Shown: positions 14,743 through 28,319 of the stretch, one piece after another
How positions within the stretch are numbered: the stretch's first letter is position 1
Layout: the number at the start of each line of letters is the position of its first letter
The notes under the pieces: model-generated
The model's input: the letters and a program-made list of their open reading frames with translations, nothing else
The model's database searches: none
Told to the model about the DNA's origin: nothing
NCBI GenBank assembly: GCA_043228905.1
Contig: JBHGNT010000008.1
Coordinates: 1,984,001 to 2,048,000 of the forward strand
Length of the DNA: 64,000 nt
DNA from: Azolla caroliniana
Lineage: Eukaryota > Plantae > Polypodiophyta
Direction of reading: 5' to 3'
Program-made: the position numbers and the translations under genes

Positions 14743-17364
14743 TGGGCCGGACTAGCCATAAACATAGGGTGTTCCCTTTCGGAATATGTATCCAAAGGGG
14801 TGGTCAGAGATATAGATGATAATTCGACACTTATTCACTTAACATTATCCGGTTACTTTCTGGAATGTCATCCGGAATCACACAATTATCTGGATCTTAA
14901 TTACACGCGTAAGATTATTGTGAATGTGAACGTGCGGAAGCGTATTACAAACCGGCTCTACCAGATAGCAACAGTAGAGAGAAAGGTTCAATGGAAGCTT
15001 AACACAGAGAATATGCGTGGGAGAGACAGAGAGAGAGAGAGAGAGCAGAACGTAAACTCTATTCCAAAAAGTAACACTTTGTAACTCTATGTACATACAA
15101 TATGCTTGACAACACTATTTATACAAGCCCTTGGAGGATTGACGGAAGCACCATGTACTTCAATGCTCATACGAGTGACTGACACTAACGATGAGGACTT
15201 TGACTACCTAGTAGTCTAGACGCGTATAGGCTACTACTAGCCTTCTGGTTCACATTTGAATTTGGCTCCCGAATCCATCTCTCCGATCTGTGTATATACA
15301 ATATGCTTGACAACACTATTTATACAAGCCCTTGGAGGATTGACGGAAGCACCATGTACTTCAATGCTCATACGAGCGACTGACACTAACGACGAGGACT
15401 CTGACTACCTAGTCTAGACGCGTATAGGCTACTACTAGCCTTTCGGTTCACATTTGAATTTGGCTCCCGGATCTGTCTCTCCGATCCGGCTCCTGGTTCC
15501 GGATATCATCTGGTTCTTCGTTCTGGATACCGATCCGGATCTGGTTGAGCTTGCTCGCTCAACAATTATGAATGATGGCACAGATGGCAAGTACACAAGA
15601 GAGACAAAAAGATTAACAACAACAACACTTAACACTTGTATTACTTCCGTAAAATATACATCAATCAATCCAGATCCTTTTATAGGCATCCCATAAGAGT
15701 TACAAAACAGTGTCGACCAACTACCAGCCATAGTATGAACCATGTGTATCATACGTGCATTCGCATTAGTGAATGTTTCAATCATTCGTGTAAGAAAAAC
15801 ACCCTCAAAGAATGATAAATATCATACTTTTGGATTAACTATTTATTATGAGGTAAATAAGCCTAAAAAATGGAAAAAAAGCAAAAAAAACAACACAAGA
15901 ATGTTTGAATAACATTCACATTTGTTTTCCAACATAGGAAAACGAATGTTATGCTAGACGAACACGAATTTTGCGTACTATGCTACCAACTACTAATCGG
16001 TGTGGATCCAGATCGATACAACTATTCGGATCCACCATTTCCTTTCTATATTAATTACTATATTACTAATACTTAACTGGCCTTAACTCTTCCTTGTTCA
16101 CACTTCCTCGTCAGGATCATACTCATAAGCCAACACATGGCACACCCATGGGATAGTGCATTGCACGTCGAACCCATGAGTTAGCTCCTTCAATCTTCAT
16201 CGAGTATATCCAATATGCTCTGGTCCAAGGGTTCGTTTGGTTCCTTTTCCGTTTCTGTTTGCTTCGTTTTTGGCTCCCGTTGCTTTTCCTGTGGCTTCGG
16301 TTGCATCTCTGGTTTCGTTCTCTCAGCCTCCGTCTGCTGCTCTTGTGTCTCTGACTACTGTTGTGAGGTAGTCCCCGGTTCCAGTTGTTGCTCCTCATCA
16401 TTGAGGTTTATATGTTCTGCTTTTTTCTCTTCCTTCCGCCGTCGCTCCCACTCATAACCTTCCAACTGTAATTGCACTTGTAGTTAGTCATCTCCAAATC
16501 CGTCGATGAGCTTCTGAACAACCTCCAGTTGTGTTTCGGTAAGGGCATAAAAATCATTTGACAATTCCTCTTGTATGGTAATTATGCTTTCTTCATCCAT
16601 CTTATAGAAATTGTCGTCGGCTTTCTTCCGGTTTTCCGCATTGACTTGAAGGATCTGGAGTTCGGCCGCCTATTTAGACCACTAGTTCCATACCACCACA
16701 GAACAATCGTCTATTTTTACTTTCATCCGATCCTTCCAAGCGCCAATGATCATCCAGATGCAGTTGATGCCCATTTTGACGTTATCCTCTGTGGCCTCCT
16801 TCTCCTTCTTCAACTATTTGATTAGTGTTGTTGTTGCCGTTTCTTGAACTTCATAATTCTAGATACGAGTTTGGTATGTTGTTTGCACCTTTTCCAATAC
16901 ACTCCGGGATCATTCTATTATTTGATTTTGAGTGTCAAGCATTTCCACCCAATCTTTCGCCGCGCCAGTTAGCAGTTACGTCGTTCTCTCTTCCAACAAC
17001 TTCTCCTAAGCCGTTAGAGCCTACGTCTTCTCCTTGAGTTCGGCACGGGCCTCCTTTAACTTGTCTTGCTACCAGTCATAATCCGTTTCTAGCTTCTTGT
17101 GATCCCGGTACAGCTTGTCGAAATCCTCCGATTTTTGCTTAAGACACTCGTTGACTTGTGATCTCAATCGATCGTCCCCGCCCTTTATGCTGCCAGATTT
17201 CTTCCTTGAGCCGCTCAATTTCCATTTCCGCCATTCTCCATGTCGCCGAGTCTCTGGCGTAGTGTCCTCCAGCTACTCCACGGTGCAGTTTGCGGAGGAT
17301 TGCCTTCTTTTCATAGCTCTGGACCGCTCGTCTCCACACTCCGTCGGCTCCCTTGTGATACAGG
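14743..17364 (-). mobile_element. Ty3/gypsy (Tat/Athila-like) remnant: integrase Zn-finger fragment, decayed coiled-coil ORF and LTR-like region
   Basis: Minus-strand LYHKGADGVWRRAV...LHRGVAGGHYARDSAT resembles a gypsy integrase HH region. It is followed by a stop-riddled coiled-coil frame and an LTR-like non-coding segment. Boundaries approximate. Confidence 0.55.
15090..15488. repeat. Tandem duplication, ~201-bp unit x2
   Basis: ATACAATATGCTTGACAACACT... occurs at 15095 and 15296. Confidence 0.9.
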
Positions 17365-19234
17365 GTGGTAGCTAATGCCATAAGAACACTTGAAGATTCC
17401 AGTTTTCTTGATTCCATTCAAGATCATATGGCCACTGACGAATTCGCCAATGACGTTTTGGATCATATCGTCCTGGATTGTGCTTCTTGCTCGCAGTCGA
17501 AAAACCCTCGTAATGATTATCGTGAGTTCTATTGGCATGGTGGTTTTCTGTTTCAACAAAACCTATTGTATGTTCCTGATGGTCCCTCGCGACTACAAAT
17601 CTTACAAGGTTGCCATGACACACCAATGACTGGACATTTTGGACTTCACAAAACTCTAGAATTAGTTTCTCGGCAATATTGGTGGCCTCACCTTCGTCAC
17701 TTTGTTGAGGAGTATGTTCGCAGTTGTGATACATGTTGTTGGTCAAAGAAACCTCGACACTGATCCTATGGCTTACTACAACCACTTCCCATTCTTGAAA
17801 ATCCTTGGATTTCATTACCGATCTCCTAGTTTCAAAAGGTTTTGATGCAATTCTCACGGTGCTTGATCGACCTACCAAAATGGCACATTTCTTGCCATGT
17901 ACGAAGTCTATTACTAGTCATGTGGCGGTCGATCTAGTTATGCAGGAGGTATTCAAGCTCGCGGTCTTCCGGATGTTATTATTAGTGATCGTAGTCCACA
18001 ATTCATCTTAAAGTTCTGGAAGCACATGTTCAAACTTCTTTGAATTTCGGCTAAGCTTTCTTCAGGCTATCATCCCAAGACTAATGACCAAACTGAGCGT
18101 ACCAACCAGACTTTGGAGCAATATCTTCGTTGTTTCATCAACTACCAACAAGATGATTGGGTTGATTTTTTGCACTTGGTTGAATTTTCTTACAACAACT
18201 TAGTCCATTCTTCTACAGGATATTCCCCATTTTTCGCAAATACGGGTTGTCATCCTCAGAGGACAATGAATACGCATCCAGAAGTTCCTACCAACCTTAT
18301 TGCTGAGGATCATCTTAGTCGCCTCCAAGAAATTCACACTATCAGTCTCCACAATTTGCATAATGCTCAAGTTACACACAAGCGGCTTGCGAATCGTCAT
18401 CGCCTAGATTCCTCCAAAATGTTTCATGTTGGGGATTGTGTATGGCTTCTCCAACACAACATCAAGACCACTAGGCCTTGCGGGAAATTGGATTACCAAC
18501 GTTTTGGCTTGTACTTGATCACTACTAAGATAACTGAGTTGCATTTCGTTTTGACCTCCCTCGGCACATACATCTTCATTCGGTGTTTCATGTATCCCTT
18601 TTGGAACCTTACACCACAAGTTCAATTCCGGGTCGTCTCACAACTCCCCCACCTCCTATTGAGTTCTTGGAAGGACCTGAATTTGAGGTTGCTGCCATTC
18701 TCGATTCTAAAATTGTGTGCAACAATTTGTATTACTTGGTTGATTGGTTTGGCTATACACCCAATGATCGAACTTGGGAACCTGCAACAAATCTTGCCAA
18801 TGTCGCGGACATGGTCACTGCATTTCATCACCAATATCCTCGTAAACCAGGTCCTAATACAAACCATACGACCCTTGATACGTGATGCCTCGAAAGGATT
18901 TCAACCTACAACCTTGTTATACATGTGTCAAATCCTTAACCATTGTAATGATATGTTTATATATATAGTTTTTAGAATATATAATCTAATATCATAAGAA
19001 TATTTCAGATTACTCTACATTCTAGAATGTCCTAGAATATTCTAGAGTGTTCTATACTCTAGAACCTTTTAGAATACTTTATAGGGACTTATAAATAGGG
19101 ATCTATTAACCATCCAAAAACTAAATTGGTTCAACACCATTCTAGAGCTCCATGTTGCCTACTTTTTGTAATCCATCGTATAGTGCAATATAATATTTTC
19201 CTTTCAATTCTCTCTCTCTCAATCTGTCTTGACA
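17365..19234 (+). mobile_element. Ty3/gypsy chromovirus 3' part (integrase + chromodomain + LTR), degenerate
   Basis: HHCC CHDTPMTGHFG...YWWP...CDTC; DFITDL; TERTNQTLEQYLR; FHVSLLEPY; chromodomain FEVAAILDS...YYLVDWFGY...TWEP. Candidate LTR TGTCAA...TTGACA at 18926-19234. Confidence 0.9.
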
Positions 19235-19707
19235 ATTGGTTTCAGTTTAAAGGTTTAATGGTTTATAAGTTAAAAAATACTCCTAAATTTTCCTTATAAG
19301 CTCTAACTTTCAACTTTTAATTTTAAACCCTAATTTTAACTTATTAAATTTTATATGCATTATATGTAGAGTCTCCTTTTTCATTTATGATGATCAAATA
19401 TTATAAGTATGATGACCAAATTTATGATGATTTTCTCACATAAATTTATAATAAGTATGATGATCAATATCAATAAAAATAGTTTGATGTGGTTTGATTT
19501 TGATTTATGATAAACTGATTTGGTTTGGTTCTAAATTTTTCGTAAACGGTTTGGCCTCTCCTATTTTTTAAACAATTTGGATTAAATGGCTTCATAAAAT
19601 TTAAACAATTTGGTTTGGTTTTTATTATGAATAAATGGTTTGGTTTGATTTCAAGGCCAAGAAACCGAACTAAACTAAACTAAAACCAAATTGGGCCTAT
19701 TGCTAGA

Positions 19708-21236
19708 TGTGTGCTAAAAAAGAGTCTTTCAATCACTCAAAATTTAGAGGAAGACGAAGAACTTGAAGTTATAACAAATTTAGTCTAGGAGAACAATTTT
19801 GATTTTACATGCCAAAATGATTACGAAGAAACAAACACTTCTTTGTTTAAAGATGATAGCTGTGTGCTAAAAAAGAGTCTTTCAATCACTCAAAATTTAG
19901 AGGAAGACGAAGAACTTGAAGCTATAACAAATTTAGTCTAGGAGAACAATTTTGATTTTACATGCCAAAATGATTACGAAGAAACAAACACTTCTTTGTT
20001 TAAAGATGATAGCTGTGTGCTAAAAAAGAGTCTTTCAATCACTCAAAATTTAGAGGAAGACGAAGAACTTGAAGCTATAACAAATTTAGTCTAGGAGAAC
20101 AATTTTGATTTTACATGCCAAAATGATTACGAAGAAACAAACACTTCTTTGTTTAAAGATGATAGCTGTGTGCTAAAAAAGAGTCTTTCAATCACTCAAA
20201 ATTTAGAGGAAGATGAAGAACTTGAAGCTATAACAAATTTAGTCTAGGAGAACAATTTTGATTTTACATGCCAAAATGATTACGAAGAAACAAACACTTC
20301 TTTGTTTAAAGATGATAGCTGTGTGCTAAAAAAGAGTCTTTCAATCACTCAAAATTTAGAGGAAGATGAAGAACTTGAAGCTATAACAAATTTAGTCTAG
20401 GAGAACAATTTTGATTTTACATGCCAAAATGATTACGAAGAAACAAACACTTCTTTGTTTAAAGATGATAGCTGTGTGCTAAAAAAGAGTCTTTCAATCA
20501 CTCAAAATTTAGAGGAAGACGAAGAACTTGAAGCTATAACAAATTTAGTCTAGGAGAACAATTTTGATTTTACATGCCAAAATGATTACGAAGAAACAAA
20601 CACTTCTTTGTTTAAAGATGATAGCTGTGTGCTAAAAAAGAGTCTTTCAATCACTCAAAATTTAGAGGAAGACGAAGAACTTGAAGTTATAACAAATTTA
20701 GTCTAGGAGAACAATTTTGATTTTACATGCCAAAATGATTACGAAGAAACAAACACTTCTTTGTTTAAAGATGATAGCTGTGTGCTAAAAAAGAGTCTTT
20801 CAATCACTCAAAATTTAGAGGAAGACGAAGAACTTGAAGCTATAACAAATTTAGTCTAGGAGAACAATTTTGATTTTACATGCCAAAATGATTACGAAGA
20901 AACAAACACTTCTTTGTTTAAAGATGATAGCTGTGTGCTAAAAAAGAGTCTTTCAATCACTCAAAATTTAGAGGAAGACGAAGAACTTGAAGCTATAACA
21001 AATTTAGTCTAGGAGAACAATTTTGATTTTACATGCCAAAATGATTACGAAGAAACAAACACTTCTTTGTTTAAAGATGATAGCTGTGTGCTAAAAAAGA
21101 GTCTTTCAATCACTCAAAATTTAGAGGAAGACGAAGAACTTGAAGCTATAACAAATTTAGTCTAGGAGAACAATTTGATTTTACATGCCAAAATGATTAC
21201 GAAGAAACAAACACTTCTTTGTTTAAAGATGATAGC
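19708..21236. repeat. Tandem array, 153-bp unit x10
   Basis: Unit starts TGTGTGCTAAAAAAGAG at 19708, 19861, 20014 ... 21085. Copies are near-identical; the last has a 1-bp deletion. Confidence 0.98.
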
Positions 21237-22589
21237 GAGCTTATGTTTTGTACATAACAACTTCGACGACTCTCATATCAAGAATGCACAAATAGGTGAC
21301 TTAAAATTAAGTAATATACTTTTTAACATTTAAAACAATCATATTTAGGTGATATTTCCTTGTATTTTAGTAGAGCGCTATTGTTATCGTAACATATGAC
21401 GTGATATCACAAGCTTTATGTCATTTTGTCTATGTGGAAAATTTCATTCAATTATTATTTAGTGGTACAACCAAGACATGGCACGTGTCATATACACACC
21501 TTCCTATATTTTCTTATGGATCTTATGATAATAAATAATAATAATTTTACGAAGCTAAATTGTTTGGTGTAATGACAAAGCTTGTGCTTTGCACCATTGA
21601 ACTTGTGATCGAAGTCCTAAGCAATGTGTCGTTTGATGTTATGTTCCTTATTAAGCATTTTTACGATCTTTGTTTGAGATCGTGCACACAAACAAATTGA
21701 TCCTAAAAAATGGTAATTACTATTGGTGTTTTTTTCCCAGAACCCATATATTGATATGGTAACATTCCCCTCTAAAAGGACATAGTAAGAAGATGCATAT
21801 AGAGCAATAAACATAAGCAAACGAGAAGGAATTGCAATGGATTACATGTAGATCGAGTGAAGACAATGGAACCTTTACCCAATAATAGTTTTTGCTAAGA
21901 ACCAAGTGATTGGAAAACATCGAAGAAAAGTAGCATAAGGTGGAGCTCATGGGAAAGAGGACGGAAGCTTCACTCGATGATAGTCTTTGTAGAGAAGCAA
22001 GTGATCAAGTAAAGTTTCATAAAAACAAATTGGCAATGAAACAATCGGTGGCATTACCATTAAAAAATGTCAACGTTCTACCAACATGCCCAACATTTGA
22101 ACTCCTTAGTTTGTGAAGATGATTTCATTGCATACATGATCTCAATTACAATTGACATCTAAGATGGTGATAAATGGCAAACCAATTGCATCCCTTTGTA
22201 ACATCTCCTGCCAATAATGCCACTTTGTGTTTTGAAAGCCTTAAGGACAAAAGAATCTCAAAACTTCATTTAATATTTCACGCTTCGAAGTTCAATAACT
22301 GATAAGAGCGGTGGTGTTAATGTATTTCTTTTCACAATCATTCTAGCATGAACGATTGATCGAACATTTTCGAATCGCGGCATTCCTTCTCTTCCGGGCA
22401 CTCTATAGCAAATCATCTTCGTTGATGATGATTGTTGGTTGTGTCGAAGATTGACGGAGAAAAACAATACATACAGTTGGCACACGCGAGAGAGATAGCA
22501 GGTCTCAAAATTCGGGCACATGTAGTCCCCCCCGTGCTCCGATGATCAAAAGACCACCTCTCAACACACACACACATTCATTCTCTCGC

Positions 22590-22794
22590 TCTCTCTCTTT
22601 CACATGTATCACGTGAAATGTAATATTTTTGGTCTTGTAGGTCATATTTGAACTCCGAAGAATATATATACATAATAGAATCAATCTCTCTCTCTCTCTC
22701 TCTCTCTCTCTTTCACATGTATCACGTGAAATGTAATATTTTTGGTCTCGTAGGTCATATTTGAGCTCCAAAGAATATATGTACATAATAGAAT

Positions 22795-22828
<34 letters not shown>
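22590..22828. repeat. ~113-bp tandem duplication with (CT)n and G-box, upstream of MSL
   Basis: CACATGTATCACGTGAAATGTAATATTTTTGGTC occurs twice; CACGTG at 22610 and 22723. Confidence 0.85.
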
Positions 22829-22832
<4 letters not shown>

Positions 22833-22929
22833 CTTCTTCTTCTTCTTCTTATTTTCGTCACATGTTACAATATCAACATGCCGACGTGTAATTTATCTCC
22901 ATATTATTATTTATTTCCTATTTACTGTT

Positions 22930-22963
<34 letters not shown>

Positions 22964-24114
22964 CCTTTTCATTCTTATTCTTCTGAGCAGAACGAAGGAA
23001 GTCGAAGAAATATACAGAGCGAGCGATTTAGGGTTTCTTTTTTCGCTGTCGATCCTCTGCTTCACGATCCGCCATCGCTACAGCCTCAGCCTCAGGCTCA
23101 GGCCCCGTATCAGGATCGCGCTCAGATACAGAGGGACTCTCAAGAGAAAAAAGAAGGAACGAAGAAGACAGAACAATCTGCTTTCCAACCAATTAATTAC
23201 CTCACCAAACCAGGTAGCAGTAATCCTCCTTCCCCTTTTTTTATTTCTTGTTTCTTTCTTTCCGTCTCTTTGTTTTTTCTATCATGTACAAGCTTCTCTT
23301 CAACATCGACTTTTTTGCAATCTACGCTTCTCCTTCGTATATTCAGCTTCGGTAAATGATTGCATCAGAAACTATGTTGTTTTCTTCTGTGAACATGGTG
23401 GAGAAGTAGGAGTTAATTCTTATTTTTTGCAGAAAACAAAATAAAAGTTGGATTTTTGAACCAGTTTCATACAGGAGCTAAGGGTTCTTGTTTTTAAATT
23501 TCTTTCCGTATTAGATTGAACATGAAAATGGGTTTCTTTTGGATACAATTTCATCAGAAAACATCTGGGAACATTTGTAGCAGAAAACATAAATAGGTTT
23601 TGGTCACACACAAAGTTGTAAGATTGTTGTCTTTGTTTGCATATTCAAACCAAAGGCCATAGATCCATTTCGACAAAGAACTAGAAGGGTAGATTTTTGA
23701 ATCAGCTTCTCATAACAAGATGATCATTCTTAATTTTATTTGCTTTCAGTCTTTGTTCTAATTTCACAGCAGTTTTTTCTTTCCGTTCTGAAAGATTTTA
23801 TCAAAAATATTGTGCTGGCTATTTGAGCTTTGTAGAAAGAGAGATTAGAAAATGTTTCCTCACATAGGAGTTATAGAAATCAATTTCATGAGATGTGAGA
23901 TTCAATCCCTTTTTTTCTCAGCAACTCAGGTTATATTAATCATTCATCGGAAACCAGTTTCCTGAATTTGTGAAAGTGGTGGAAAAAGATTAGACAGTGT
24001 TTACCAACATACAAGTTGCAGAAATTGGCATCACCACGAGCATTCCAACCAAAAGCTACAGATTCTTCGTTTATATTTTGAAAGAAGGGTGCACAGGTTG
24101 TGAAAAGATTCAAA

Positions 24115-27100
24115 ATGTGTTCTTTACAATTACATCATCTTGTTCGCACTGAATCCACAAAAAAGGTATGTGGTTCTAGACCTTACCTTAGTGCTCTTTG
24201 TGAAAGTCTCCTATGCTGCTGCTTTTGGAAAATTTCTTTGTTTTCAATTTGAGATGGTGTTGCGATTCAAATTTCTATTGTGAAGCTCTTTTTCTTTTGC
24301 AATATAATCTGAAATGGTGTTATTATGCAATGTTTGGGAATATCGAAATATTTTTTAGACATAGTTGTCTTCAAAATTAAATGCTGTTGGATGGCGATGT
24401 TGTGATGTCACCATTTCTTTTCAAACATTCTTTTTTCTACCAATTTGAGATGGTGTTGTAATGCAAATTTCATGGTTATGACGGCTGACTCTGTATTCTC
24501 TTGGATCATACCCGCATAATTGCAAATTGTTAGCTGTTCAATGATTCCCTTATTTCAACAGGTCCTTTTTCAGTCACAATGTTCTCGACTGAGCTATCAG
24601 ACTCACCTTTCTGCAAGTTATGCCCAAACACCTCAGTTCATGGTATATATGAGATTATGTCATTGTTTGAATTGCAATAATAACTGATTTTTTTGACTCA
24701 AGTGTTATAAGTTTCCAGTTGTTATTTGCAAAGACCATACATTTCATTTCATAGACTTACAGTGACGCATTATTTTCAGGCTATGGTACATATTGGGTGG
24801 TATATTCCGGCAATGAATTTCAAACAAAAAGCCCGTAGTATGGGTGGTTTTTGTTATGCATACGCTTCATCTATTCCAGTCCCATCTAAGGAAATTGTAA
24901 ATGCAGTGAGAACATTCTCAACGAGTTCTGTTGCAAGGTAAAAACTGGCTCTCGTTACTCATGGTATGAAAGTATTTTTAAACTATCCACAGGGTGAGAA
25001 CTCTGAGAACATTTATTGGGTAGCTGATAGTATTAAATGATTTGTTTTGAGGCCTTCAATCATAGTATGTAAACTCTTGCCTGTTAAGCATTCATTTGTA
25101 GATAATCATATATTAATAATTTCAGAAGTAGGGCTTCCCAGATGTCAGATTCTCAGATAGTTTGGTATATAGTAGAGTTCTAGTGCAAAAGATAATTTTT
25201 TATATTATACAGTGAATGTTAGGCTTTTTCATTGTGGTAAGCCTGGCTGTTATGAACATCCTAATCCTTTATTGACATCATTTTCCTCTGAAATTGACTT
25301 AAAATGGGATGATGGACTTCTATTTACAATCTACATTAATTGATAATCCAGTGTGTTCAAGGTCATGCATGAGAGTCAATTATTCCAACAGTGTGCTCCA
25401 GCCATTGGACTTATGACATTTGCAATGTGGGGTTTAGGACCCTTACTACAGTTCATACACCGAACCATATTACATGTATGTTTATGCTCTGAAATTCTCT
25501 GCTATTTATATTCTAAGGTATTCTACATAATTGCAATGCAATGCTATCTTTTACAGAAGGAAGACTGGAGTTGGAAAGATAGTCAGTTGAACCATATCAT
25601 GAGAATGTATGTGCGACCTGTGCTCCTATGGATTGGAGTTATATTGGTCTGCAGGTAAGGAAGAAGCATTGATTCAATATGGAGTTCAATGATTCCAGAC
25701 AGTCATTTGTTACTTTCTTCTTGGTTGGAATGCTGATTAATGTTTTATTCAGGGCGTTTGATCCTGTTGTGCTCTCTTCTGAGAGAAGTCAAGCAATCAA
25801 ACAACGTTTTGTAAATTTTGTGCGGTCTTTATCCACAGTCATAGCATTTGCATATTGCACCAACAGGTAAGTAGAATATGGTGATATATGTTTTCTTTTT
25901 CAAATTCCATGTGGTCACAACCATAGCTTATAAATTATTATGCTTTGAATCTCAGTGTGATTCAGCAGATGCACAAAGTTATGTTGGATCGGCAAGATAC
26001 ACAGGATTCTCGGAGTGTGAGTCACGTGACCATTTTGTTATCTGACTTAATGTTAGGAAGCAATGTTTTAATGAAAGTCGTATCTTTGCAGCTTGGTGCT
26101 CAATTTGTTGGAAATGCAGTTTATACAGCAGTATGGATAGCAGCCGTCTGTCTGTTCATGGAACTTCTGGGTTTCTCTACACAAAAATGGCTGACAGCCG
26201 GTGGCCTTGGTACAGTGCTACTTACTCTGGCAGGTAGAGAGGTAAGAAACTTTCAGTAACCTTAAGTTTGAAGCAAGAAGTCTTTAGCAAGGAATCCGTA
26301 CGTAATCCCCACATAACTTTGGGGATGAGTTGTTTAACATTAAATGCATCTGTACTTCTATTTATAGATCTTCACAAACTTTCTCTCAAGTATAATGATC
26401 CATGCAACACGGCCGTTTGTTCTCAATGAGTGGATTCAAACAAAAATTGATGGATATGAAGTGTCTGGTACAGTTGAGGTAGGTTCCTTCAATTCTCACC
26501 ACTCTTTAATTGGCAGTTAATGGATTGGTGTAATCGCTTGTCGAACTATCTCTGTGAAAAAAATATGCAAAGCTCAGATGTTTGATAAGTTCCTTGAATT
26601 CATGGTACTCTTTATCACTAATGATATTCAGCCATTGTTCTGTGAACAAGTCCTTTGTTGTATTTTCAGCATGTTGGGTGGTGGTCTCCAACAATAGTCC
26701 GGGGAGATGATAGAGAAGCAGTTCATATACCAAATCATAAGTTTACTGTTAGTGTTGTTCGAAATCTAAGTCAAAAGTCACACTGGCGCATCAAGACATA
26801 TTTTGGGATAAGCCACTTAGATGTTACCAAACTTTCTGTAAGAGCATCCCTCCCTTTTTTCTGCTGGTTTTGCTTTGCTTTTGCTGTTTGTGCTTCCTGA
26901 GAGATTTTATTATCCAGAATATTGTAGCTGATATGAGGAAAGTTTTAGCGAAGCATCCTCAAGTAGAGCAAAGAAGATTGCACCGAAGAGTCTTTTTTGA
27001 AAGCATCAGTCCTGAAAACCAGGCTCTTATGGTGATGTCTCAAGCTGTGTATTGTATTAAATTTAGAATGTCTCAACTAGATTCTAATTTTCTATGCTTT

Positions 27101-28319
27101 TGAATCATGTATAATTCATGCAGGTCTTAGTTTCTTGTTTTGTGAAAACTCCACATTTTGAAGAATACCTGCGTGTGAAGGTGCGTTACCCATTAGTAAA
27201 TTTTAGGTTACTCTGAAATTAAATGAGTAATATCTTGCTGAATTTCAGGAAGTAATTCTATTGGACTTGATGAAAGTCATAAGCCATCATCATGCTCGCT
27301 TAGCTACCCCCATTCGATCAGTGCAACGTGTACTTGATGATGTAGAACCTCGTGGTGCACCATATCGAGACATGAATCGCCCGACTGAAACTCAAGGAAG
27401 ACCGTATCTGTTGATTGAGGCAACCGCTGTTGCGAATGCATATCGTGATGCTGACCAGTCTGCAAATTCTAAAAATGGCTCAGCACTGGTAAGAGATGAA
27501 ATAGTTAATGCTGATGGGAACGAGAGCAATTCTGGGCAGACAATGAGCCCTAAGAAAGAAGTATATCAAGCTAAAGATGAGATATTGTCTAATGATGGAA
27601 TTTCTAAGAGTGGTAACCATTCTGAGGCAGTAGAGTCCAAAGCTGTAAGTAAACATAAGTCTCAGCTTGAAGGCCTAGATTCCATGGGCCTTAATTCCAA
27701 AGATATAACATTGTTGGGAGCAGCTTTTGAGAAACCACCTGCAAACATTGCAGAAGATTCAGTGGACCCACAAACAGATGGGGAGGCCCCAACCAAACCT
27801 ACTTCAGATACAGGATCAGTGAGAGTAGAAAAAAACTCAAGCAAGATGGTTGAGCTGATTTCTCAACCTAGTCAGAAGTCGCATGCTAGAATGTTTGAGC
27901 ATACGGGGCCATCTTCTGGGGAAAAAACAGAGAAAATAAGCAAATCTGTGATTGATTTGGATTCTGGATCCTCAAGAGAAGAGAAAAGTAATGCAAAGGA
28001 AGAACTCAATGAAACTGAATTTAATATTGATCAGAAAACAACAGTTGGTCAGAAAATGGATTCGAGGCGGGCACAATTACAGAGTGCATCTTCATCCAAA
28101 GGGGAGTCATTAGGACCGAAGTCGCAGTTAGAAGAGAACCTCCTTTTGGGTGTGGCATTGAATGGACCAAAACAAACACTACCTCTTGATAATGAAATAA
28201 TATCTGGAACAGAACAGAAGGAGCTTGTAGGAACAAGCAATGGGAACTCTGGCAATGCACTCAAGGATGTACGGTCAGGGTCTCCATCTTCTAATACAAG
28301 TCAATCAGATTCTAGATGA
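24115..28319 (+). CDS. MSL2: Mechanosensitive ion channel, MscS-like, plastid MSL2/MSL3 type
   Basis: 13 in-frame GT-AG exons: 24115-24165, 24562-24642, 24780-24937, 25352-25475, 25557-25654, 25753-25866, 25956-26016, 26092-26241, 26368-26478, 26670-26837, 26918-27031, 27124-27180, 27249-28319. Motifs [51 protein letters not shown] and [22 protein letters not shown] probable 5'UTR exon ends near 23212. Confidence 0.93.

Noticed and set aside
19236-19246. PBS-like TGGTTTCAG after the chromovirus LTR
   Set aside because: Imperfect match that belongs to the adjacent GGTTT-rich repeat; no gag follows.
19708-21236. CRISPR-like array
   Set aside because: Units are contiguous and near-identical, with no unique spacers and no cas genes; the context is eukaryotic.
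22761-23444. 227-aa ORF upstream of MSL
   Set aside because: Low-complexity read-through of (CT)n, (AAT)n, 5'UTR and intron.
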